Source: Girardia tigrina
Taxonomy: Eukaryota
Length of the DNA: 64,000 nt
Direction of reading: 5' to 3'
NCBI GenBank assembly: GCA_001938485.1
Contig: MQRK01175485.1
Coordinates: 1 to 64,000, forward strand
The notes under the pieces were generated by a model that saw only the letters and a program-made list of their open reading frames with translations, was not told the DNA's origin and searched no databases. Shown here piece after piece: positions 37,800 to 49,800 of the stretch. A program made the position numbers and the translations under genes. Each line of letters opens with the position of its first letter. The stretch's first letter is position 1.

Positions 37800-38975
37800 C
37801 AGAAAACCTCAATAGCCGCCTCCGAACCAACAACTCAGACAATCAATGCACCTGTACCCGCTTATTTCCTGAAATTATTGAACGTACCCAGAAACAAACT
37901 GTTGCAGAATCGCTCATTATTTCCACCTCAGTTACATTCCACGCCAGGGTTATATTGACTACCTTCAACACATCTTCTAATTCTGCCAGATTAATGGGAC
38001 AGACATCATTTTTCTCCCGTAACCTGTAATTATCTTCTACAATCATTTGATCTATCTCCAAACATACACCGATCGCGAGGCTACTAGTGTCACACCATAC
38101 ACGACCCATTTGTGACTTAGGAATACTCCACACTCCGCCCACTGGATTACATTAATTCAAACACTTCTGAATATTCTCCTCTCTCACAAATATTCCCCCA
38201 CTCACTTCTTGAAGGGTGTTGTCCCGTTTCCATTTACTCCCTTCATTCACTTCAACCACCCTCAACCCTAAAACTCGTCACCGCACAATACTTCGACTGG
38301 TTTAGTCTGAAGTCCAAAATCGTTGAGTGTCTTCAACACCTTCTGACTGCTAACCATACTCAAGTCCACAATTATATCATACCCATATGAATCTGTGGCA
38401 TCTCTAACAACATGGTTACTCGATAAAACGAACTGGATTACCGCCGACATTATTTTTGGCTCCTCGTTCAATACAAATCTGATACGGATCAGCACATACG
38501 ACTTTCCTCTAAACCGAACTACCTAGAACTTCCAAAGCTCTTGCGATACATGCAATTGCATGTATGCTGTCTTCAGATCTATAATGCATAGGTTTGATCC
38601 GATTCTGCGTCTTCTTCTGAGCTTTTCGGCACAAATATCACTTTCTGTCGAATGAATGGACACAAATTCATTCAGTTCCCTGAAATCTAACACTGGCCTT
38701 ACTTTGAATTTGTTGTGTTGAAGAGCGGTGAACATCCATTGGGTCCGAGTTTCGAGCAGTTCGTAGAATCTATCGACTTGATCGAAACTCGCAGAGATAG
38801 GCGGGAGGAAAGACCCAAAAGAATCGAGGCATTTCCGATAAATGTCCTCTGCGAATGGAGATCCGTCCTCCTAAGGGCAAAAATCGACGATTTTTCGTAG
38901 GATTTGATAGAGAATGCCGAGGCCAGGGGGTGTGCTGCGCTGTCGAAAAAGGGACCGAACGAACAAAACTGTATG
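37800..38975 (-). mobile_element. Gypsy-type pol remnant (RT and RNase H fragments)
   Basis: KVRPVLDFRELNEFVS..IIDLKTAYMQLHV..LWKF; SYGYDIIV (decayed YxDD region); VWCDTSSLAIGV..INLAELEDV..SDSATV (RNase H). Confidence 0.85.
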
Positions 38976-39439
38976 CTATATATATATATATATATTTAAA
39001 TGGAAATAATAATGAAAATATAAATAATAAATTTAATGAAAAGAATACAGATAATGCTTCTAAAGAATTTTCACTCTCCTTTTCATCGACAACAAAACGC
39101 TTCCACTGCGCTGCTACCGTAACATGGCGTTTATGTGTTTTTACCAAAAAATTGTCATCATTTTTCAAGTTTATAAATAAAATAAACTGTATATTAAATC
39201 TTTCAAAAAAAATATTAGTGATGACAACACTATTTTTTTGTAAATAACAATTTTTTAACTTATTTAATTGAAAAATCATAAAACATTCTAAAATATTGGC
39301 GAAGAATTTGAAAATGTAAATTACATTGTCGATACAAGGAATGTGGAATAGCAATTTGAATGTATTTCCAAATTTGAAATATAAAAAAATTTCAAAAATG
39401 ACTTAAATACGAACATTAATTCCGATTTCTTATACAAAA

Positions 39440-39666
39440 TAATCGATAAAATTATTTACGTAATCTATACAAAGTCCACAACAAATAGATTAAGACAAAA
39501 CAATAAATTACGGACTCTATTATTGATTTATTAAGAAATAATGCAGAATAATCAAATATGTCACACACAATTGAAAGATCAATTATTCGCATATTCCATC
39601 GGATCTCTTCAATGAAAATCATTCCTTTGGCTCACTTCAATAACGAATCTTTGTTCCTGTCGTATG
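39440..39666 (-). pseudogene. Decayed partial duplicate of the ATP6V1F 3' coding end and 3' UTR
   Basis: Translates YDRNKDSLLK*AKGMIFIEEIR versus [22 protein letters not shown] in the intact gene. The downstream sequence matches 40060-40180 (AATAATCA.ATAT.TCACACACAA). Confidence 0.8.
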
Positions 39667-40179
39667 TCAAAAATTGTAAATGTACTAAAATCAATAATCG
39701 AATGTCATTTTAATTACTTTTCTACGCAAAGCCTAACTACATAAATCAAGTAGAAATTATAAAAGCAATATTTTAATTTATTCTATGATTAGAACAACAT
39801 TTAATAGATTAAAAATACTTTAATAAAAATAATTCAGTTAAAAAATAAATCAATTGAAAATTCTGACAATGAAAAACCACTTCTTGATCGGGAAGAGACA
39901 ACAGGAAGTATTACCAAATATCAGAGATATCAAAATTCTATTATCATTTCATTAACAAATAAAAAACGAAAATTATTTATACTAAACTAATTGATAGAAT
40001 TTACATAATCAATACAAAGTCGACGATAACAAAGACAATAAGACAAACCATTCACAAACAATAAATAATCGATAAAATTATTATAATGATAAAAAAGTAA
40101 TCGATTTATTAAAAGAAATAATACACAATAATCAGATATATCACACACAAACAATCGATAGATCGATTATTCTCATCTT

Positions 40180-40542
40180 CTATCGGAAATCCTCAGCGCT
40201 AAACATCCCCTTGGCGCGCTTGAGTATCGAGTCCTTGCTCGGGTCGTACGGGTGATCACGACTCGGTATCTCGAGCACGGCCGGTGTCGCCAGCACGTGC
40301 TTGTCGAGAATGTGTCGGATCTGCTCAGCGATATTCTGGACAATTAATATTATTGCTATGTCGCTGCGCTTGACGAACTCATGGAATGCGTTCTCGATAT
40401 CGGCCAGCGATGTGTCCTTCTCAACCACCAGGAAATTCGGTTTCCTCTCGTTGTTCAACTCTCCAACACCACCTAACAAAAATCCGGTACATGTATCTTC
40501 ATCACCGATTACCGCTATTAATTTTCCTTTTGCGAGCGACAT
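40180..40542 (-). CDS. ATP6V1F: V-type proton ATPase subunit F (14 kDa), intronless, 120 aa
   Basis: [79 protein letters not shown] is the classic V1 subunit F sequence. ATG at 40542; the ORF-track start at 40548 is TTG. Confidence 0.97.
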   Translation of the reverse strand: MSLAKGKLIAVIGDEDTCTGFLLGGVGELNNERKPNFLVVEKDTSLADIENAFHEFVKRSDIAIILIVQNIAEQIRHILDKHVLATPAVLEIPSRDHPYDPSKDSILKRAKGMFSAEDFR

Positions 40543-43312
40543 CAACAATTAATTTAATGGAATATAAACAATCGACAAATAATCAATTGAAATTGAATCG
40601 GTTTATTTAAACAAATTTAATTTGAGGATTTTTTTGGGGTTTTGATAAAAAAATTTTGGCTTTTTTTGTTGTGATTATTTATTAAATTATAAATTTTAGA
40701 TAAGATTTTGGCTTAATAAAAAATAATTTTTTAGAATATTCTTTGAAAATATTAATGAAACAACAATATAAAAAAATAGTTAATGTTAATGTAATTTTTA
40801 AGATTATTAAAGTTATAAATAATATTTTAATGGTAGTAAAAGTACTTTTCAGATTGTTATTGAAATATTATATAGAGAAACCAACATTTTTAAATGTGAA
40901 TTAAAAAATATTCGAGATTGTATTAAATTTTAAATTATATTTTGTAACATAAAATTAAGTACGATATCTTCCCTTTTTATTTCACGTAAAAAAAACTCCT
41001 ATAGTTTTTAAATTAAATTTTTGAAAAATATATGTGGCTTTTGGACACTTTAATATACGGAAAATAATTTAGAGACATAATTTAAAAAACATTTATAATT
41101 AAGAAGTTTTTTCTATGATTAAAAAATCAAGTTATTTAAAAAATTCAAAAAAAACTTTCGTTTGGTTTTTCAAATATATTTTTGAATTAATCATTTTAAA
41201 ATGTTAATCAAATTTAAAGTGTTATTTGTAAAAACATAATAAATCATAATAAAATGTATTAAATCCGTTCTGATCTAGACAGCATTCTTTCAAACTCATT
41301 ATTTGCTGAAACTGCAAATAATTAAATTTAACAAACATTTCAGATAATTTCTTTATAAAAAAATTAAATATTTTCCTAAAAGTAAGTCTTGCAACAATAT
41401 GATTTTAAATTTTTAATCATTAGGTTTATGAATGGTAGATTACTTTATAATTCTTCCTCTATTATAAATTTCATTAGAAAGAACATAATTACTGTAATTA
41501 AGAAACTGATGTACCTGGATTTTTTTCAAATATATATAATAATTATAAATAATTATTAATGCACAAAGCAAATTAACATTTTCTCGATTTTGGACAGAAA
41601 ATGACTCAGACTATGATAATAATATATATCCTATTTCAACTCCCTTCACTTACTTATACCACAGATCATTAGAAAACGATCGTATTCGAAACGACCGGCA
41701 ACTGATAAAAAATAATTATTTGGTGTTGCAAAGGTCAAAAGTTTTTCCAATGCTACTTCAATCATATATTATTGTTAATTTAATGTTTGTTATTTTAATG
41801 CATAAAACGGATTATAACTTCAAATAATTAGCCCTTGTATATTGTGAAGCACTACTTATTAAAGTAATATGATGCTAAGTAAAATCTTTTAAGAATTTAA
41901 AAAGGCTATTTAACTCAGATACGTAAGAGCGTAGTTGTTTTAATGTCCTTCGTAAATCTTCTTAAGGACATTATCAGTTTTCATCCCATTTATAATAGAT
42001 AATTTTCAATTTTAAAAATTTTTCACAGTTAAATAGATTTTAATCTTATCAATGTAAACTTTCTTTTTAAAAATTATAAACCTTTATAATGTTAAAATAT
42101 ATTTTTGTTCTTCTATAAAAGATCTTTAAGTTAAAAAATCTTAAATACTTTATTTTTCATTTTTGTTAATTTAAAAAGTATATTGACATAAAATAAGAGA
42201 AAATTATTTGTAAAAATAAAAAATTTAAATTTAAATGAATTAATTAATTTCCAAATCATTTGTTTGATTTTCACTATAAATAGTATATTTTTCTAAAATA
42301 TACGTATAATTTATAAAACATGGTATTTTTCATTTTAAGTTGAGTATTTTTCAACTCGAATTGTTTTATTTAACTTTTCCTTAACATTTAATAATTTTAT
42401 TTTATTTTTTGGCTTTTGATTTTTCATTTTGAATTAAGTTTTTGTCTTGCATTAAACTATCAATTTGAGTTATGGTACTGTTAGTTTTATTTTTTAAATA
42501 AATACTTCAGAATTGAAAATCAGTTAAAAGGGAAAAATATTTATTTGGAAACGAAAATTCCTAGATTTTTTAAAATGAAAATTTAATTCTTTCATTTTAA
42601 AAAATATACTTACGGTTTGTGATTTTATAAATTTGAATTGGAAAATTATACGATAGCTTTGCAAAACTATGGCTATTATCTTGAAAATTGTTCTAATTAT
42701 TTGGAAAATTAAGCTAATCGTTTTTGAAAAATTTACTAACGAATTACAAAATTGTACGATCAACTGATTGCACAACTAAAAATCAAATGAAAATGAAAAA
42801 AATAAAAAAAGTAAAATTAAAAAATGTCAACTATAAAATATATAAATTAATTGTTTTTAATAAAAATATATTAACTATTTAGAAAATTTGGACAATCATA
42901 TAATTATTTAAAAAGTTATACAATTATTTTTACAAGTAAATTAATATTTCAGAAAATTTTACTGATGGTATGAAAAACTATACAAATAACTTGGAAAAAC
43001 TTTCTAATGGTTTCGAAATTTATACTATCAGTTTTAAAAAATCTATAATTAATGTTTAGAAAATTATAATAATGACTTTTAAAAAGTATTCTAAAGTTTT
43101 CATGAATATTATACTAATAACTTTATAATTATATAATAATAATAATATTCTACCAATTTAAAGTGATCAATCGTTTTGTTTTACTGTAGTCAAGGTTTAA
43201 TTATATATTTAATAATTTAATTTCGTAATCGAATCACTTTCTAAGTCGATTTTCTCACATATATACGGAAAATTCTGACGAATTCTCATCGAAAATCAAC
43301 GAAATTCAGACA

Positions 43313-46300
43313 ATGCGGAATGTTCCAGTCGGCCAGTGTATATTCGATGCGATTTTCAGGAATATCAAGAAACGCAAAGGGTAAATTGATTCCATAAGAC
43401 TCAGTCGCGTCATAGAATTGATCGATATTCACTGGTTTATTGCAGATACAAGGTGCTCATGTTCTTTTTCACGCTGCTCATCTACACGACCTTCCACATG
43501 AGCCGCAAGCCGATCAGCGTGGTCAAGTCCATGTTGCATCGCAACTGCACCGAGCGAGCCGCGCACGACCAAATCGTGGTGACGAGCGACAACGACACTT
43601 ACTGCGACTGGGCGCCCTTCGGTCATTACTCGTTGATTTTCGATAATTATTATTAATTCTTTGATTATTAATTATTATGAATTATTTCTGTAATTAATTA
43701 TTATTTAATTATTACTAATAATTATACAATTAATAGTAATATTTTTTTTAATATTTTTATATTAATTTTAATAATAAATATTATTAGTTATAATTATTTC
43801 TATTATAATTATTATTATTATTAATAATAATTTTTATGATTATTAATTATTATTAATTATAAAAATTATTATTAGTTTTCATTTTATAAATTATAATATT
43901 AAATTTTAAATTAAATTAATAATATTTAATATTTATATTAATTAATAATAATTATTATTATCAATTATTATTAAATTATAAATATTAATAACTAAATTAA
44001 TAATTTTTTATTTATTAAAAATAATTATTATAAATTATTTGTTATTATTTTATTCTATTTTTATTAATAATAATTATTTATAATATCACTATTAGTTATC
44101 AATTTAATTTATAATAGTTATTTTTATTTTTTATTATTTCTAATAGTTATAAAATTAATAATAATATTTTTTTATATTTTTATATTAATTTTAATAATAA
44201 ATATTATTAGTTATAATTATTTCTATTATTATTATTGATTATTAATAATTTTATGATTATTAATGATTATTAATTATAAAAATTATTATTAGTTTTTGTT
44301 TTATAAATTATAATATTAAATTTTAAATTAAATTAATAATATTTAATATTTATATTAATTAATATTAATTATTATTATCAGTTATTATTAAATTATAAAT
44401 ATTAATAACTAAATTAATAATTTTTTATTTATTAAAAATAATTATTATAAATTATTTGTTATTATTTTATTCTATTTTCATTAATAATAATTATTTATAA
44501 TATCACTATTAGTTATCAATTTAATTTATAACAGTTATTTTTATTTTTTATTATTTCTAATAATAATAATAATTATCATTAATTATTAATATCAATAATA
44601 TTTTAAAATTACTATTAGTTATTATTAATTTTATTTTCAATAAGTATTTTTATTAATACTATTTTAAATATTATTTTTATTTTATGTCAGTGCTGTCCAA
44701 CTTCGGTGAAATGGCGAAAAAAATCTTTATTCCGCGGGCCGCATACCAAAAAATTAGTGTTTCTATTTATTTTTAAGGTCAAAATTTTGAATAATCTTTT
44801 CAAGTGATCGATGGTTTACTATTTCACATGGAATTACAAATGTTCTACTCAAAATATGTACCCTGCAGAACAACTTATTCCGCTAATTAAGCGAGTAATC
44901 GAATAAGCTGTCCCACAGGAACATAAATGTCCCAAACTAGCCTAGTGCAGAATTAGACGAATTTGGTGTAAAAAGAATAAAAGAACGAAACGGATGAACA
45001 ACTTTTAAAACTTTATTGAGTCAATAGTGAAAATTATTAACCTGTAGGTACAACAGTTCCCAGCCAGTAAAGAATTAACACGTAGAACCATCAGTCTCCA
45101 GTCGATTATCGCGTGAGCTGGTACACAGTTTCCAATAGATTGTTGAGCGAAATGTTTCTTGGCCGTTTGCTTTTTTTCTTATTCGACTTCTATTTTTTCT
45201 TAACTATTTGAGTCCTTGAAAACGGTTTCGAAGGGTATAAAGATCGTCTAAACCGAGACTTTGATTGCCTGTCGGCGGTGTAATAATTGTACTGACGATT
45301 TCTAATTAGAAATTTTTAATTTCTAATTGATATTTTATTTCTAATTGATACTACTAAAGCGGCTGAAATCTGTGCTGTTTTGCAACATTTTCTTTATTTC
45401 TTCGACATCTGTGCTTGTTTTTTTTTAAATCGTAAAATATTTTAAAATCAACAATAAGAAAGCAACACATAAAATCACAGACAATAAAAAAAACTATGTA
45501 CATTCACAAGAGGTCAAAAATAACAAACACCATCCGTTTACAAAAGTGAGGTTCACATACCCGAATAAAAAGACATTTTTTGTCTTGAAAATATTTAAAA
45601 TCATAAAACAGAAAACGGAAAACAAATATCGTTCATTACACTATTTATTTCATTAATAATAATAATTAACAAGTAAACAAAAATAACTAATCAAATATTA
45701 ATTCTTTGGGCACTGTTAGTCTTTTAAATATCGCCATTGGTTTACATTTGTTCCATCGGCAGTTACAGTTGATATTACTGTGAAATTATATTTTTCATTT
45801 CCGGTTGTTTCGATCAGAATATCTTTTTTCCTATTTCCTCAACTGTCCTTGTACCCGGAATATCGGAACTAACAGAAACTTCATCCATATTCCCAAGATG
45901 CTTCCAATCGATATCTCTCTCTTTATCTTTAATACAAAGTAAAATTGATTCTTTTTTTTCTTCCCAATCAGCTGGCAACGATTGTCCGACTGAAGTTACT
46001 GCTCTCATGCTCAAATTATTTCTTTCATAAATCTTGTGCACCAACCATTCGTTCCTTTACAATTTTCTATATTAAAATCAAATTTTGCCATTTTTTTCCT
46101 CTTTCATCAACTGTCCTTGTACCCGGAATATCGAAACTAACAGAAACTTCTTTCAGTTCATGTGGTAACCACATATCGAGTTTACTGACGAATCCAAGTT
46201 TCTTTAAATGACTTCCAACACTTGATTTTGATATTTCCAGAGTCTCTGCAACTTCTCTTGTCGTCANNNNNNNNNNNNNNNNNNNNNNNNNNNNNNNNNN

Positions 46301-46801
46301 NNNNNNNNNNNNNNNNNNNNNNNNNNNNNNNNNNNNNNNNNNNNNNNNNNNNNNNNNNNNNNNNNNNNNNNNNNNNNNNNNNNNNNNNNNNNNNNNNNNN
46401 NNNNNNNNNNNNNNNNNNNNNNNNNNTTGCACAGCGGTTTTCCCTTTGCGAAAATAATGCAACAAAACATGACGAATATGCTCATTTTGATTTTCCATTT
46501 CGAATTGACGGTAAAGTAATAAATTAAAACAAAATCAATTAATACAGTGCACTCTCGATTATCCGGGCTAATGCTGGGGAGGATTGGCACGGTTAATTGA
46601 GAAACACGGTTAATCAGAATCATCAAATTTTTATTTTATTTTCGAATACAATATCATCTACACAACATAAATTTTTAACACATTATTTTTATATTCATTA
46701 TTTATCAAGAGACCCAAAAAATAAGTAAAAATATAATATTTTAACATAAATCATAAAATGAAACATCAATAAAACATCAAAATATAAAAAAAATATACAT
46801 A

Positions 46802-46833
<32 letters not shown>

Positions 46834-49800
46834 CAAATTAAAAAAATCTGTTATTTTTGTTTGTTTTTGACGTCTTTTTAAAGAATTTCTAATGTCACAT
46901 CTAAATATCCGTAAAGCCATAATATTATTATATTCTGTTCCCCTTTGATTAGCATACTCTAATAGTGTTTCTATACAATTTAATGCCGTTTCATGGCTTA
47001 CGTAACCACTGATAATTTCTTCGCTTGAAGTATCACTCTCATCTTCTTCCTCTTAAGTGACAAGAGAAACGATTTCATGGTCATCCATGCGTTGAAATCC
47101 GGGGTCATTCAAATCACGGTTGAGCCATTCTTATATATTTTCTTCATCCACGTCTTTAAAAAAATTATATTTTCTAATAATCCACACAATTCAGGTACAA
47201 AATTTTCTTCATTCTCTTCCGGATCCATTAAATCTTTTTCTATGTCAGGAAGAATCTTTCTCCATGATCGAACGAGTGTTACCGGCTTCACTTTTGTCCA
47301 AGATTGCGCTATCCCATGTATAGCATCCAATATTGTTATTTTTTTCCAAAAATTGATCAAATTATCATCTTTCTCAACAAGAGTTTTCAGAAGTTTTTGA
47401 CGATATAGACGTTTCATCGATGATATAACACCTTGGTCCATGGGTTGAATCAGTGATGTAACATTAGGGGGCATAAATTTTGTGATCATAAGTCCATCGT
47501 TTGTCTTTAATATGCTTTCATTCGGATGAGAAGGAGCATTATCTAATAACAAAACTGCTTTCTGTGGCAATCCCTTATTTTTTGAAAATAATTGCACCTC
47601 TGGGACCCATTTCTTTTTGAACCAATCTTCAAAAATTTCCCTGTCCATCCATGCCCCTTTCTGACTATAATAATCGACGGGAAGATTTTTTACTGTGGTT
47701 CCCTTAAAGGATCGAGGTTTTTTTGATTTTCCGATTACTAACAGTTTCAATTTATGCGATCCGGATGCATTCCCGCAACATAAAACCGTAATTCTCTCTT
47801 TGGAGGATTTATGTCCAGGAGCAGACTTTTCTCTTATTGAAGCTAGCGTTTTTGTTGGTAAACACTTCCAGTACAAGCCAGTTTCATCTGCATTATAAAT
47901 TTGATCAGGTTGCAAATTTTCTCTTTGCAAAAATTCTTGAAATTCGACACAGAAGTCGTGAGCAGCGTCAGTATTTGAACTGAGGCGTTCTCCCTGAATC
48001 GTAAGCTGACGAATCCCGTATCGCTGTTTGAACCTCGTCATCCAGCCTAACGAGGCGTTGAAATTTTCTTCGATTCCTAAATTTTTATGAAATGTCTTCG
48101 CTGCTTCGATGCACATTTCGCCGCTGATTGGTATTCCCTCTGTTCGTTTTTGATTGAACCATATCAGCATGGCTGCATCCAAATCTTCGAATGTCGACGT
48201 TTTCATACTCTTTCGTTTCGAAGGGCCTGCAGAACTATCGCAATCTCTAGCAAACGCCTCTAACTTATTTTTTTGTTTGACTATATCTCGAACAGTTTGA
48301 ATACCAATTGTATATTCTTCGGAAAGTTTTGACATGGATTCTCCTTTTTCGCATCTCTCAATCAACGTAAGTTTCTGTTTTATCGTGAGTACGATTCTTT
48401 TTCGTTTTTTTTGTTAATTGTTCTTTCTCCATTTTTAAACGGTACAGATATGTAGAGCTAAAATATGAATTTTTGAGATTATATATAACAATAAAAATAA
48501 TATCAAACAGAAAGAAATTAAAAATAATCAAACATACGAGAGTAATGAAAAAAACTGCACTTTATATTATCATACACGCACTTCTCCGCTGCAAGGAAAC
48601 AGAGCAACTGAACAAACAAACTTCGAAAGACCGAAGATTTTGTGAACATTAGATTTTTTACAACAAACGAAGTTCCGAGAACTGACAAATGTGGGCAATA
48701 AATATCGAAATTAATGGCAGTGTGACGTTCCTGCGCGACCCTGTACATATTTTTTTTCAAATAACGCGCATATTCAAGATCGCAATTCATTAATGCGTCT
48801 TAAAATCGTCTTAGATAAAAGAATAATCAAACTAAACTTTTATTAAAAAATATTTATTTTCAGGCACGATTAATCCGCAAACCGGTTAATCCGCGCACGG
48901 TTAATCGAGAGTACACTGTATTTCGTATAAACATAGTCTGGAAATTGAGGTTTCAGAATATATAATTGAATTTAAATTTTATCACATCGTTTTATATTTT
49001 CAAGCTTTTTATTAGGACGTACTCAAAAACGCAATAATTATTTGTCGCGAATTTATATAACAAAATATTTAATTTATTAATTTTATTTTTTTTGAAAACA
49101 AACTGTAAATCATCATTAAGAGTCAGAACTATTTCATAAAATGATATTAGATCGTTACAAAACCATATGAGACAATAACAAGATAATAAGTAGAGCAAAA
49201 AGAAAGGAAGAACACATGATAAAGTTCTCGAAATTGTCTTTTGTTCAAAATTTATCTCCTTACATTATTTGAAATTCCGAATAAAAAACATTTGACAAAA
49301 TTTATAGTTCCATAAGAGTTACAACGTCCACGTAAGCTGTACAACATAATAGTGACTTGGTACCAATGTGAAACGTTTTAACCTTTTGTTTGCTACAAAA
49401 ATATTTAGAAACAGACATCATAAATATCATATGCTATGGCATTCCGCACAGTAATAGATAAATATTTTGGTTTTGAAATATTATCTAACTATTTTACATT
49501 CATTATTGCTAGTTACATAATAACTATTGTCTTTTCACTATGAGCAGATTACTCATTGTTAAAGTAACGATTCTGATTAGTCAACTAACAACCAAGATTC
49601 GCGTTACTTTAACAGAAAGAAAATTGATTAAATGACTAACAAAACTAAGCTAATCAAAAAGATATTTTTTAATGAGCTTAGTTATAGGTGAATATAATAA
49701 AAATAAACGAATGTCCATAAAAAAAATGTTAGCTTTTAACAAACAACTATATAATTGGTACAACAATTACTTACATCAAATTTGAGAACAAATACAGACA

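Noticed and set aside
47109-48365. Domesticated Jerky/TIGD host gene
   Set aside because: It retains TIRs and a TA TSD, has frameshifts, and is inserted in a mariner.
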